Assembly: GCA_963816145.1 (NCBI GenBank)
Contig: CAWFJP010000031.1
Span: forward strand, 523,070-587,069
From: an uncultured delta proteobacterium
GTDB taxonomy: Bacteria > Desulfobacterota > Binatia > UBA9968
DNA length: 64,000 nucleotides
Reading direction: 5' to 3'
In this document: piece by piece, positions 9,787-19,861 of the stretch
Position numbering within the stretch: position 1 is the first letter of the stretch
How the letters are laid out: each line of letters starts with the position of its first letter
Made by a program: the position numbers and the translations under genes
Notes under the pieces: model-generated
Databases searched by the model: none
Told to the model about the DNA's origin: nothing
What the model saw: only the letters and a program-made list of their open reading frames with translations

Positions 9787-10332
9787 TCAACGACTTTGTG
9801 AATCCGACTTAGCCGATTTTTTTAATTTCAACTTGTAGATTTCTTTTCGCTTCACATATCCCGCCGCCGCCCGGTGCATTTTCTCGATATCCTCATCGGT
9901 GAGTTCGCGGATGACTTTGGCTGGCGAGCCGAGTATGAGTTTGCGTTCACCATAGGTTTTCCCTTCCGGCACTAAGGCGCCGGCTCCCACTAGACAGTCT
10001 CTGCCAATTACAGCGCCGTTCATGACCACGGCTTGGATGCCGATAAGCGAGCCGTCGCCGATGGTGCAGCCATGCAGCATGGCCTGGTGGCCGATGGTGA
10101 CGTTGTCACCGACGGTGAGCGGAAATCCCGGATCGGCGTGCAGCACGGCATTGTCTTGGACGTTGCTGCCATTGCCGATGGTAATCGAATCGTTGTCGCC
10201 GCGGATGACGACTCCGAACCAAATGCTGGCGTTCTCGCCTAGAATAACTTTTCCGATGAGCGTGGCTTCGGGCGCTGTGTAGGCTGAAGCGGGGATGATT
10301 GGTTTGTCGTTGCCGAGTTGGTAGATGGGCAT
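9787..10332 (-). CDS. Gamma carbonic anhydrase family protein (YrdA/PaaY-like)
   Basis: IRGD, SNVQDNAVLH, TIGHQAMLHGC; hexapeptide repeats. Confidence 0.92.
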   Translation of the reverse strand: MPIYQLGNDKPIIPASAYTAPEATLIGKVILGENASIWFGVVIRGDNDSITIGNGSNVQDNAVLHADPGFPLTVGDNVTIGHQAMLHGCTIGDGSLIGIQAVVMNGAVIGRDCLVGAGALVPEGKTYGERKLILGSPAKVIRELTDEDIEKMHRAAAGYVKRKEIYKLKLKKSAKSDSQSR

Positions 10333-10350
10333 GGTTCGCTCCGCTGATTA

Positions 10351-10476
10351 GGTTCCAATAGTTCCAGCCGTTCCAAACGTTGCACCCCCACCTCTTTCCT
10401 CCCCCGCGTCGCGGGGGAGGATGAAGGAGGGGGATGGAACGGAGCGCGGCGGTGGAACGGCTGGAACCATTGGAAC
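10351..10476. repeat. Nested palindromes: family C (GTTCCAnnn 9-mer arms) enclosing family D hairpin at 10385-10433
   Basis: GTTCCAATAGTTCCAGCCGTTCCAAAC / TGGAACGGCTGGAACCATTGGAAC around CCCCCACCTCTTTCCTCCCCCGC-GTC-GCGGGGGAGGATGAAGGAGGGGG. Confidence 0.8.
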
Positions 10477-10484
10477 ATTTTTAC

Positions 10485-11924
10485 TTATCGCAATCCAAAA
10501 AACTTCCGCCCCAATTTAGCCAGTACTTTCTTTCGCAGCTCTGCGCTAGTTTCTGCCACCTCAGGAAATTTATTCATCCATTCATAGGGGCGGCAGGCGT
10601 CGATGACCGCGCGCGAATTCAAAAATACTTTGGAGTCGGGATGGATCATCGGGTCCAGTGCGCTGGACCAGCTGCGCCGCTGGATGTCAATGTCGTCCGC
10701 CGGATCGCAGCGCGTCGACAGCGCCCAGACGACGTCATCGATGCGCGTCGGATCAATGTCGTCGTCGACGACGATGGTAAAACGATTCTGGTAGCCGCCG
10801 GAGAAACATTGCGAGGCGATCATGCCGGCTTGTTTCACATGGCCGGGGTAGCGCTGCTTGATGGCGACGACGGTGAACTGGCGCGGCCCGGGCTCGTGAG
10901 ACCAGACGCCTTTGACGTCGGGAATGCCGGCCTTTTCCATTTCCTCCCACACATGGGCGGAGCGCGTGATCGCGCGCAATAGCGTCAGCGTGTGCGGCGG
11001 GCGCGCCGGGTTGGCGCAGGAGACGATGGGATCGTTGCGATACAGAATTCTCTTGACGCGGATGAAAGGTTCAGGACTGCGCGGGCTAGCGTAGTAGCCG
11101 GGCCATTCGCCGAATGGACCTTCGTCTTTGAATTCGCCGGGCCGGATCTCGCCTTCGACGACGATCTCGGCGTCGGCCGGATAGGGCAGGCCGGTAATGT
11201 CGCTGCGGATGACTTTTGTCGGCGTGCCGCGCAGACCGCCGGCGTAGTCGAATTCGCTGACGCCCGCCGGCACCGGACAGGCCGCGGCGAACCAGTCGAG
11301 AGGATCGCTGCCGAGGACGACGTTCACCGGCATCGCTTGGTTCTTGTCAAAATATTTCTGTTTGTGAATGAAGGCGTGCTTCCCTGGGCCGATGTAAATG
11401 CTCAGCGTGTTCTTGTCCTGGGACATGATCCTGTAGGTGCCGACGTTGATCCAATCCGAATCAGGGTCTTTGGTGATGACCAAATGACCGGTGCCGATGT
11501 ACCGGCCGCCATCTTTTTCATGCATGAGTGGCGAAGGGAAAATCGACAGGTCGATATCGTTGCCTTCTTGGACGTTTTCATGAACCGCGCCGGATTTGAC
11601 GTCTTCCATGGGCAGCGGCGCGGTGCGCTTCATGCGCTCATGATACATGCGGGTGAATTCCAACACGTGATCGAATTCCTCGGTGACGCCAAGGGTCAGC
11701 GCGATGCGCTTTGGCGAGGCGAAGTGGCCGAACAATGCGCGATAACCGGGCTGGTGATCTTTGATCTTGTCGAAGATCAGCGTCGGCGCATAGGGCGGAT
11801 GCTCGCGGTAGAGCACGTCGACGATGGCGCCCATCTCGAGGTTCCAGTCGATGTTCTCGAGAGTGGCGAGTTCGCCGAGGGCGTCGACTTTAGTCAGCCA
11901 GTCGCGCAGGCCGTTGTAGTTCAT
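10485..11924 (-). CDS. UbiD family prFMN-dependent (de)carboxylase
   Basis: DGGRYIGT, NVGTYR, EGPFGEWPGYY, VVDDDIDP, VWALSTR. Confidence 0.93.
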   Translation of the reverse strand: MNYNGLRDWLTKVDALGELATLENIDWNLEMGAIVDVLYREHPPYAPTLIFDKIKDHQPGYRALFGHFASPKRIALTLGVTEEFDHVLEFTRMYHERMKRTAPLPMEDVKSGAVHENVQEGNDIDLSIFPSPLMHEKDGGRYIGTGHLVITKDPDSDWINVGTYRIMSQDKNTLSIYIGPGKHAFIHKQKYFDKNQAMPVNVVLGSDPLDWFAAACPVPAGVSEFDYAGGLRGTPTKVIRSDITGLPYPADAEIVVEGEIRPGEFKDEGPFGEWPGYYASPRSPEPFIRVKRILYRNDPIVSCANPARPPHTLTLLRAITRSAHVWEEMEKAGIPDVKGVWSHEPGPRQFTVVAIKQRYPGHVKQAGMIASQCFSGGYQNRFTIVVDDDIDPTRIDDVVWALSTRCDPADDIDIQRRSWSSALDPMIHPDSKVFLNSRAVIDACRPYEWMNKFPEVAETSAELRKKVLAKLGRKFFGLR

Positions 11925-11951
11925 GGTTGCTCCGTTGATGTTCAAGACTTT

Positions 11952-12023
11952 TCACCACGAAGACACGAAGGACACGAAGTTCGGATGATTAATCGTCCGA
12001 ACCCTGCGTGTCCTTCGTGGTGA
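11952..12023. repeat. Family B palindromic element
   Basis: TCACCACGAAGACACGAAGGACACGAAG...GTGTCCTTCGTGGTGA. Confidence 0.85.
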
Positions 12024-12026
12024 GAC

Positions 12027-13523
12027 CTATCTCCGCGTATTACGCCGGGCTGTCGGTCTTCGAGCTGACTTCCCCAGCGTGAGCGAGATGTCGTTGCGGC
12101 GGATGTGGATATGGCTGGTGTCTTTTTTCTTGGTCAGTTCTTCGATCAGTTGCAAAAGCGGCAATTTGCCGTCGAGTTTTGGCTTGGGCGCGCCGGCGCT
12201 CATGAGGGCGTCGACGTTGTCGCTGCCGGCATAGACGCGCAGTAACAATTCTTCATCGGAAAGCGACGGGCCGCCGAATTTATTGCGGATCTCTTTGAGC
12301 GACGGTTGCGGCGGGGTCCATGCGGTCCACTCCTTGGCGCGACCGCGGTTCAGAATGCGATCCTTGACGTTAGGCTCCATGATTTCCGTCGCTTCGGCGC
12401 CCCAGACGCCGAGGGCGTACTGGATCACCTGGTCGGTGACTTCTTTGTAGCGCTCGCCGACGATGACGTTGATCGCCGCCTGGGTGCCGACGAATTGCGA
12501 CAACGGTGTGACCATGATCGGGTAGCCGAACTCGGCGCGCACGCGCGCGGCTTCTGCCAAAGTCGCCGGCAGTTTGTCTTCCATGCCGACCAAGCGCAGC
12601 TGATGACGCAGGTTAGAAATCATGCCACCGGGCACTTGATGGAGATATTGCGTATGATCATAGGCGAGCGGTTGGCCGACGGCGAGCCCGTCTCGCTCGG
12701 CGATGGCGGTGAAATGCTTGGTCACCGGCTTCAACGGCTCCTCGTTGATCTGCGGGGTGAAACCGACGGCGCGCAGATTTTTCGCCATGTTGAAAATCGA
12801 CGGCTGCGACGAGCCATTGGCCAGAGGTGGAATCGACGTGTGGATGGTTTTGATGCCGAGCTTGGCCGCTTCGAGATAGCAGAGCGGCCCCAGGCCGTTG
12901 TTGCAATGGGCGTGAAACTCCACCGGGGTTGCGCCGGCATTCCTGATGATCACGGGGATCAGCGTGCGCGCGCGCTCGGGTGTCAACAAGCCGCCGACGT
13001 CCTTGAAGCAAACGCGGTAAGGAGCGATCTCACCGGCCTCCTTGGCCTTTTGCGCGTAGTATTCGTCCGTGTGGCGCGGCGATACCGAGTAGATCAGGTT
13101 GACGATGGTTTCCATGCCCAACTGGCGCAGCTCGAACAGCTCTTCTTTGAAGCCGCGAAAATCGTTCCAGCAAGTCGACGTGCGGGTCAGCGTAATGCCA
13201 TAGGAAACAATTCGTTCCACCAGCAGCTTCATGATCGCGCTAGGTAGCTTCTCGAAGGCGCCGGAACCATGGATGCCGCCGTGCAGGCGCAGCTTGGTAT
13301 GGCGAAATTTCTTCGCGCCCTGGCGAATCCAGTCCCAGGGATTTTCTTTGTGCTCGCGGACGTACTTTTTGATCATGTTGGAGCTGAAGAACTCCAACGA
13401 CTCGAAGCCGGCCCGGTCCATCTGCTCGGCGGCGCCGAGCATGGCGTCGGTCTTCATGTTCAACGCCCACAGGCTTTGCTGGCCGTCGCGCAGGGTGGTG
13501 TCGACGAAAGAAATGTCTTTCAT
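12027..13523 (-). CDS. Pyruvate/oxaloacetate carboxyltransferase (OadA / PycB / transcarboxylase 5S-like) without a biotinyl domain
   Basis: DTTLRDGQQS, FKDVGG, HAH, HQVPGGMISNL, GYPIMVTPLSQFVGTQA; no C-terminal EAMKM. Confidence 0.88.
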   Translation of the reverse strand: MKDISFVDTTLRDGQQSLWALNMKTDAMLGAAEQMDRAGFESLEFFSSNMIKKYVREHKENPWDWIRQGAKKFRHTKLRLHGGIHGSGAFEKLPSAIMKLLVERIVSYGITLTRTSTCWNDFRGFKEELFELRQLGMETIVNLIYSVSPRHTDEYYAQKAKEAGEIAPYRVCFKDVGGLLTPERARTLIPVIIRNAGATPVEFHAHCNNGLGPLCYLEAAKLGIKTIHTSIPPLANGSSQPSIFNMAKNLRAVGFTPQINEEPLKPVTKHFTAIAERDGLAVGQPLAYDHTQYLHQVPGGMISNLRHQLRLVGMEDKLPATLAEAARVRAEFGYPIMVTPLSQFVGTQAAINVIVGERYKEVTDQVIQYALGVWGAEATEIMEPNVKDRILNRGRAKEWTAWTPPQPSLKEIRNKFGGPSLSDEELLLRVYAGSDNVDALMSAGAPKPKLDGKLPLLQLIEELTKKKDTSHIHIRRNDISLTLGKSARRPTARRNTRR

Positions 13524-13556
13524 AGCGGTCTTTTCTTCGCGGACGGCTTGCGCGGC

Positions 13557-14522
13557 CTAGCGTTTGGCCGGTAGCTGCCCGCTCTGCGCCAGTTCTTTGA
13601 GTATCGAGTAGTCGGTGAGCTTGGAGCGGTCGACGGTGGTCGCCCGTTTGTCGACGTAGGACACCATCTTGATTAGGTTCTCGATCGCCGCTTCTGGCGC
13701 TACCAGGTCGACGGTAGCGCGCTGGCGCATCTGCTCGTAGGCGTAGTCGATGGTTTCTTTTTCATTGGTGCCGATGATTTTTCGCAGCACATCGATGGAG
13801 CCTTCGCGGTTGGTAATCATGTATTGAGTCGCTTCCAAATTGGCTTTGACGAAGCGGGTCCATTTGCCGCGGTTGGCCTTTAACGATGCCGCGGTGACCG
13901 TAAGCGGGCCGTTCATAAATGGAGTTTTCTTGCTGGGGACGAGATGGAAGCCTAGTTGTTTCATTTTCGGTTCGAAAGCGAAATCCACCGGCGCGGCATC
14001 GATGCCGCCACGCAGGAGTGCCGCCAAGCGTTCCTGCGATCCGCCCAGTTGTAAGAGCGTCACATCTTTAGAGGTGTTGAGACCGGCGTCTTCGAGCATG
14101 ACCCGCAAGATCAACGACGATTTGCCGCCGAGCCGGTTGATGCCGACCTTCTTGCCGCGGAGCTGTGACAGGTCGTCTATTTTCTCTTTCGTCATCACGG
14201 TGTAGGAAACCAGATTGTCCCAGCTCCCTAGAGATACCACCGAGACGCCTTGGAGATTGGACTGGACAAGCCCCGTCGGCGCGCCCGATGTGGCGTCGAT
14301 ATCGCCGGAGATCAACGCTTGGTAGGTCGTCGGCTCGCTATTGATACGGATGATCTCCGCTTTTAAACCATTTCTCTCGAACATTCCTTTTTCATGGGCG
14401 ATCAAGACCGGATAGGATACAGTTGGGAAGAGCGGCACGCCAATACGCACGCGATCCTGCGCCGCTGCTGTCGCGGCGGCCACGATCGACAGCAATAAGC
14501 AAAATAGTGCTGAATGTTTCAT
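13557..14522 (-). CDS. ABC substrate-binding protein, NMT1/THI5-like
   Basis: Signal peptide, GMFERNGL, LRGKKVGINRLGG. Confidence 0.85.
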   Translation of the reverse strand: MKHSALFCLLLSIVAAATAAAQDRVRIGVPLFPTVSYPVLIAHEKGMFERNGLKAEIIRINSEPTTYQALISGDIDATSGAPTGLVQSNLQGVSVVSLGSWDNLVSYTVMTKEKIDDLSQLRGKKVGINRLGGKSSLILRVMLEDAGLNTSKDVTLLQLGGSQERLAALLRGGIDAAPVDFAFEPKMKQLGFHLVPSKKTPFMNGPLTVTAASLKANRGKWTRFVKANLEATQYMITNREGSIDVLRKIIGTNEKETIDYAYEQMRQRATVDLVAPEAAIENLIKMVSYVDKRATTVDRSKLTDYSILKELAQSGQLPAKR

Positions 14523-14652
14523 AGATCTCCTTGAATTTTGACGCTCTCAAACGACTGCGCGCATTATGGTTTAAGTGCTGCAACGGTTTCAAGGGTATTT
14601 CGGTTGAAACTACAGGCGTCAATATCATGAGGAAGCTGATTTTAGCTTGCCA

Positions 14653-14681
14653 TTGACATTGTTGTGGAGAAAACGTACTCT
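14653..14681 (+). promoter_or_regulatory. Sigma-70 type promoter for the RRM gene
   Basis: TTGACA-N17-TACTCT. Confidence 0.6.
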
Positions 14682-14882
14682 CCTTGTATCTTCTTCAGTA
14701 AACGGCCTTCTGGTAGAGGACATAACAAAGGTTGAAGGCCCCTGTCAGTCTCTCCTTGCGAACAAAAGTCTAAAGGACATTCCGATCAGAGCTTTGCAGT
14801 TAGCTCCCATGCTCGGTTCCCATTAGCAGATCATTTCTCAGGGTAAAAGACATTAACATTCTCTTTTAGGAGGGGAACAAAC

Positions 14883-15233
14883 ATGGGTAGTAAATTATAT
14901 GTGGGCGGTTTGCCCTATTCGGTGACCGGCGATCGGTTGCAAGAAATCTTCTCGGCACATGGCGAGGTCACCTCGGCCAATGTGATTTCCGATAAGTTCA
15001 CCGGTCAATCGCGCGGTTTCGGCTTCGTCGAAATGAGCTCGGGAAGCGAAGCGCAAAAGGCGATCGAAAGCCTCAACGGCACTCAGCTCGATGGCCGCAC
15101 CTTGACCGTCAATGAAGCCAAACCGATGGCCAAGCGTGAAGGCTTTGGCGGCGGGGGAGGCGGTGGCAATCGTGGCGGTGGCGGCGGTGGTCGCGGTGGC
15201 CGCGATGGCGGTGGCCGGGGTAACCGCTGGTAG
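14883..15233 (+). CDS. RRM RNA-binding protein with Gly/Arg-rich tail
   Basis: RNP2 LYVGGL, RNP1 RGFGFVEM; AGGAGG RBS. Confidence 0.95.
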   Translation: MGSKLYVGGLPYSVTGDRLQEIFSAHGEVTSANVISDKFTGQSRGFGFVEMSSGSEAQKAIESLNGTQLDGRTLTVNEAKPMAKREGFGGGGGGGNRGGGGGGRGGRDGGGRGNRW

Positions 15234-15256
15234 AGTTTCGCAAGGGAAATAACTGC

Positions 15257-15289
15257 AAAAAGGGCAACCGTTTCGGTTGCCCTTTTTTT
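15257..15289 (+). terminator. Rho-independent terminator
   Basis: AAAAA-GGGCAACCG-TTT-CGGTTGCCC-TTTTTTT. Confidence 0.9.
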
Positions 15290-15319
15290 ATGGTGAAAGA
15301 ACCGGGTTAGTGAATATCG

Positions 15320-16498
15320 ATGGAACAGTTTTTTGCCACCTGCCCACGCGGTCTGGAGATGATCCTGGTCGACGAATTGCGCCAACTGGGCGCCGACAAA
15401 GTCCACGCGGTTGGCGGCGGCGTGCAGTTCGGCGGCGATCTTCTGGTCTGCTACCGGGTCAATCTCGAAAGCCGGATCGCCAGCCGGGTGCTCTGGCAGG
15501 TGGCGAAGGCAGGCTATCGCGGGGAGAACGATATTTATCGGATCGCTTATGCCGTGCCCTGGACCGAATGGTTCGATGCGGCGCGAACCATTCGTGTCGA
15601 TGTCTCGGCAACCAAGAGCCCGCTTACGAGTCTCAACTTTGTCACGCTCAAGATCAAAGACGCGGTGTGCGACAAAATCCGCCGGTTGTCGCAGCGCCGG
15701 CCGAGCGTCGACACGCGCGATCCGGATATTCCGATTCAAGGGCACTTAACCGAACGCGACTTTTCGCTCTATCTCGATACTTCGGGCGAGGCGTTGTTCA
15801 AGCGCGGCCAGCGCATCGTCACCGGCGAGGCGCCGCTCCGAGAAAATCTCGCCGCGGGGATTTTGCGCTTGGCCGGCTGGTCTCCGGGTATCCCGTTGCT
15901 CGATCCGATGTGCGGCAGCGGGACGATTCTTGTCGAAGCGGCTTGCATCGCGCTTGATGTTCTGCCGGGGTTGGGGCGCCATTTCGCTTTCGAGAAATTT
16001 TACAACTTCAATGCGCTGGGTTGGCGCGAGTTGATCCAGCGCCGCACGGCGCGGAGAAAGTCGCGGATAGCGCAGCCAATCTATGGGAGCGATATCGATG
16101 GCGCCGTATTGAAAGCGGCGCAGGCCAATCTGGCCGGGGCTGGTCTAGAAAATGTCGTTAGTTTGAAGCGCGCTAGCGTCTTGGAAATCACCGCGCCGGC
16201 CAAAGCAGGCATCATCGTCAGCAATCCGCCCTATGGCGTACGGTTGGGCGAACAGCAGGCGCTGGCGGAACTTTATCCCAAGCTCGGCGATGTGCTGAAG
16301 CAGCAGTTCACCGGCTGGAGCGCTTACTTTCTCAGCGCCGACATGCAATTGCCGAAGCTGATCCGGCTCGCGACCTCGAAACGCACGCCGCTTTTTAACG
16401 GCGCCCTCGACTGCCGGCTGTTCGAATACAAGATGGTCGAAGGCGGGATGCGAAAGAAAGACCCAGCGCAAACTCGAGGCGAACCACCGGTTATTTGA
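15320..16498 (+). CDS. THUMP-domain rRNA methyltransferase (RlmL-like, UPF0020)
   Basis: FFATCPRGLE, APLRENLAAG, DPMCGSGT, NPPYG. Confidence 0.9.
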   Translation: MEQFFATCPRGLEMILVDELRQLGADKVHAVGGGVQFGGDLLVCYRVNLESRIASRVLWQVAKAGYRGENDIYRIAYAVPWTEWFDAARTIRVDVSATKSPLTSLNFVTLKIKDAVCDKIRRLSQRRPSVDTRDPDIPIQGHLTERDFSLYLDTSGEALFKRGQRIVTGEAPLRENLAAGILRLAGWSPGIPLLDPMCGSGTILVEAACIALDVLPGLGRHFAFEKFYNFNALGWRELIQRRTARRKSRIAQPIYGSDIDGAVLKAAQANLAGAGLENVVSLKRASVLEITAPAKAGIIVSNPPYGVRLGEQQALAELYPKLGDVLKQQFTGWSAYFLSADMQLPKLIRLATSKRTPLFNGALDCRLFEYKMVEGGMRKKDPAQTRGEPPVI

Positions 16499-16510
16499 AC
16501 GTCCTTACCG

Positions 16511-17806
16511 CTAAATTACCGTCCCGTCTGCAATGGTCGCGTTCTTGATGACGACAACGATGCCGTTGCGGATCACAAACCCGAGCTCTTCGCGGGTCGA
16601 TTCCTGAATATTATCTTGGTTGACGATGCGCACGTTGCGACCGATGCGGGCGTTTTTGTCGACAATCGCTCGTTGGATCGTCGTGTTAGCGCCGACGCCT
16701 AACGGGACCCTGCCGCAGTCGAGAGCTTGCTGCCGTTCGGCGGGCGACTCGTAAAAGTCCGATCCCATCAGCAAAGCGTTGTCGATGACGCAGCCGGTCT
16801 CAATCCGCGAGCGAATGCCGATAACCGAGCGCTTCACCGTGCATTCTTTCAGAATGCACCCTTCGCCGACCATCGACTCAATTACCCGCGAGTCGAGCAA
16901 TTTGGTTGGCGGCAAATAGCGCGAGCGCGTATAGATCGGTGCTTTTTCATCGTAAAAACTGAAGGAAGGAACCGGCTGTTCGGTCAGCGCCAGATTGGCC
17001 TGGTAGAACGATTCGATAGTGCCGATATCTTCCCAGTAATCCTTGAAGAGATACGCGAGAACTTTGTGATTGGCGGCCGCCGCTGGAATGATTTCTTTGC
17101 CGAAATCGGTGTGGCTCGGGTTCTGATCCAATAGATCCAGTAGAACTTGCTTCTCAAAAACATAAATGCCCATGGAAGCGATAAAGGGCAGTCCCTTGGC
17201 CTTCTCCTTCGGCAGACCAAGCACTGTCGTGTCGACGGCCATCGCTTTCAAAGCGGCCCCTTTTGGTTTTTCGCTAAAAGCGCACACACGCCCATCGCCG
17301 TCGATCTTCATCAAGCCGAAGTCGGACGCACGGCTTTCTTCGACTGGTACCACCGAAAGTGTGATGTCGGCCTTAGTGTCGCGGTGGCGCTGAATAAAAT
17401 CTTCGTAATTCATCCGGTACAAGTGATCGCCGGACAAGATCAGGAATTGGTCGACATCCCATTCGGCGAATACCCAACGGTACTTGCGCACGGCGTCCGC
17501 TGTGCCTTCAAACCAGCTAGGGCTCTCGGGAGTTTGCTGGGCGGCCAAGACTTCGACGAAGCCTTGTGAGAAGCCGGTGCCGGCCATGGCATAGGTCCGC
17601 GCAATATGGCGGTTGAGCGAAGCTGAATTAAACTGGGTGAGGACGTAAATCCGCTGGATTTCCGAGTTGATGCAGTTACTGATCGGTATATCGATCAAGC
17701 GATACTTAGCCCCGAGTGGAACCGCCGGCTTGGCGCGAAGTTTGGTTAGCGGGTAAAGCCGAGTGCCGGCACCGCCGCCCAAAATAATCGCTAAGACTCT
17801 TTTCAT
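16511..17806 (-). CDS. glgC: Glucose-1-phosphate adenylyltransferase (cyanobacterial/plant type)
   Basis: [39 protein letters not shown]-terminal [20 protein letters not shown]. Confidence 0.96.
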   Translation of the reverse strand: MKRVLAIILGGGAGTRLYPLTKLRAKPAVPLGAKYRLIDIPISNCINSEIQRIYVLTQFNSASLNRHIARTYAMAGTGFSQGFVEVLAAQQTPESPSWFEGTADAVRKYRWVFAEWDVDQFLILSGDHLYRMNYEDFIQRHRDTKADITLSVVPVEESRASDFGLMKIDGDGRVCAFSEKPKGAALKAMAVDTTVLGLPKEKAKGLPFIASMGIYVFEKQVLLDLLDQNPSHTDFGKEIIPAAAANHKVLAYLFKDYWEDIGTIESFYQANLALTEQPVPSFSFYDEKAPIYTRSRYLPPTKLLDSRVIESMVGEGCILKECTVKRSVIGIRSRIETGCVIDNALLMGSDFYESPAERQQALDCGRVPLGVGANTTIQRAIVDKNARIGRNVRIVNQDNIQESTREELGFVIRNGIVVVIKNATIADGTVI

Positions 17807-18125
17807 AATCGGTCTGTCAGCGTTTGCGGTCCATCGGCGCTCTGGAGTTGTTGTGCGACACTCATCATTTCGTGCCGACATTACGCAGCCAGTCGTGGTG
17901 ATGTCAAGCCGACCGGGAGATTACGCAAGCTTGGCTGTTTCCGCTGAACGATTCTTATCTTAACCGGGCTTCACTGTGCCATGCCCGCCCGAATTGCGGA
18001 ACTGCAACGATCAGGTAACCGGACATCGCTAGAATTCTTCACGCCAGCGGGGATACCAAGGCGGCGTGTTGAATTAACTAACCCGTGGGCCGTGTTTGTC
18101 AGGCGTGAGGGCAGATCAAGCCATC

Positions 18126-18419
18126 CTACTTCTTAAGCTCGCGGCCGAGCAGCCGGAGGATTTCATTGAATTGACGCTGCATGGCGATCATTTGCTCGCG
18201 CATATTGAGCGCGACTTCGGCGCCTTCGAGATTCACCCCCATCTCTTCAATGAGCAGGCGGGCGACGCGCACACGGTCGACTTGATCGAGGGGGTAAAAT
18301 TTTTCGCTGCGCCGGACTATCGGGGAGATGACCTGCTCCTGCTCCAAGCGCTTGACGAACTTCACGTCAACGCCGCAGATTTTTGTCACCTCGGTAATGC
18401 GCAGATATTTTCGCGGCAT
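18126..18419 (-). CDS. cbpM: Chaperone modulator CbpM / MerR-like HTH
   Basis: Tail of ORF 18126..19025 from MPRKYLR; EMGVNLEGAEVAL; directly downstream of dnaJ. Confidence 0.75.
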   Translation of the reverse strand: MPRKYLRITEVTKICGVDVKFVKRLEQEQVISPIVRRSEKFYPLDQVDRVRVARLLIEEMGVNLEGAEVALNMREQMIAMQRQFNEILRLLGRELKK

Positions 18420-18433
18420 CTTCGCTTTCTCCG

Positions 18434-19555
18434 TCACAGCCTCAGATCTTTGCGTACGGCCTCGCCATAGGCTTGGTCGATCTGGTTGATGACTTCTTGG
18501 GCGACCTCTGTTTTCGGCACCCGCACCATCAGGTGTAGATATAAATCGCCGGGCGCGGTTTGCCCGTGGGCGGCGACACCCTTGCCTTTGATGCGCAGTT
18601 GTTGGCCGCTCTGGGCACCGGCCGGGATTTTCACGTTGATCGCGCCATTGATCGTCGGCACCTCGATGCTGGCGCCGCGCACCGCTTCGCCGACGGTAAT
18701 CGGCAAGTCCATGGACAAATCTCGACCGGAGCGAGTGAGGATTGGATGAGACCGGATACGCGGAGTTATAAAGAGATCGCCGGCCGGCCCGCCGCGGATG
18801 CCCGCTTCGCCTTTTCCGCGCAAGCGAATGTGCTTTCCGGGATCGGCGCCAGGCGGAATATTGACGCGAATCGTTTCCGACCGCGTGACGCGGCCGCTGC
18901 CGCGGCAAACCGTGCATGGGTCGCCAGGTAGTTTTCCGCTTCCCAAGCAGCGCGGACAAGTTTGGCGAAACTGTAATGGCCCTTGGGCGACGGCGACGCT
19001 GCCGCTGCCGCCGCATTGGGGACAAGTGGTCGGCGCGGTTCCAGCTTTCGTCCCGGAGCCGTGACAGGTGTCGCAGGACACTGGCCGTTCGAGTGTGATG
19101 GCGGTTTGAAAGCCGCGCACGGCATCGAGGAAGTCAATCTCCATGCTCGACTCGATGTCACTGCCGCGCTGCGGCCCGGTTGACGCAGTCGGGCCGCGCC
19201 GGAACATGCCGCCGAGGCCGCCGAAAAGATCGCCCAAGTCGTCCGTGTCGAACGTTTGCGGGCCACCGGCGCGCGCCGACTGCTGGCGCCATTGCTCGTA
19301 ACTGCGCGCTTTTTCGGCATCGAAACCGGCGGCGAGGCCGGCCTCGCCGAATTCGTCATAAAGCTTGCGCTTTTTTTCGTCGCTCAGGACGTCGTAGGCA
19401 ACCGAAAGATCCTTGAATTTGCTTTCGGCCTCTTTGTTGCCGGGATTGATATCGGGGTGATATTTGCGCGCGAGTTTGCGATAAGCCTTGCGAACCTCGT
19501 CCTTCGATGCGCCCCGTTCGACACCGAGGATTTTGTAGTAATCACGTTCCGCCAT
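18434..19555 (-). CDS. dnaJ: DnaJ family chaperone
   Basis: J domain with HPD, four CxxCxGxG repeats, C-terminal domain. Confidence 0.92.
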   Translation of the reverse strand: MAERDYYKILGVERGASKDEVRKAYRKLARKYHPDINPGNKEAESKFKDLSVAYDVLSDEKKRKLYDEFGEAGLAAGFDAEKARSYEQWRQQSARAGGPQTFDTDDLGDLFGGLGGMFRRGPTASTGPQRGSDIESSMEIDFLDAVRGFQTAITLERPVSCDTCHGSGTKAGTAPTTCPQCGGSGSVAVAQGPLQFRQTCPRCLGSGKLPGDPCTVCRGSGRVTRSETIRVNIPPGADPGKHIRLRGKGEAGIRGGPAGDLFITPRIRSHPILTRSGRDLSMDLPITVGEAVRGASIEVPTINGAINVKIPAGAQSGQQLRIKGKGVAAHGQTAPGDLYLHLMVRVPKTEVAQEVINQIDQAYGEAVRKDLRL

Positions 19556-19861
19556 CGTAGCCTACAAGATAACCATCGAGCGGCGACTTGCAAGGGAATT
19601 GCCCGGAGTGAGCGGGAGACGACAGGGCTGCGCCGAGGTTCAATAGCTATAATCATGGAGTCAGAGGCCGGACCGATGAGTCAGCGAGCTTTTGCACAGC
19701 TCTTGCCGTGAACGATCGGTACGCTTCACAGCATTAACGGAACGTTTCGGACAAGAGCAGTTTGGCGCGGGCAAACTGCAGCAACTCACGCCATTTGGGT
19801 TTTTGCCTTTATCACTGCCGGTCCAGGCTCCCGAAGCTTGCGGTGTAAACCTGTATTCCTT

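Noticed and set aside
15140-15225. GGC-rich low-complexity tract as a DNA repeat element
   Set aside because: It encodes the ordinary Gly/Arg tail of the RRM protein.
18420-19025. N-terminal extension of the 299-aa ORF 18126..19025
   Set aside because: Overlaps dnaJ in another frame; only the last about 97 aa look like CbpM.
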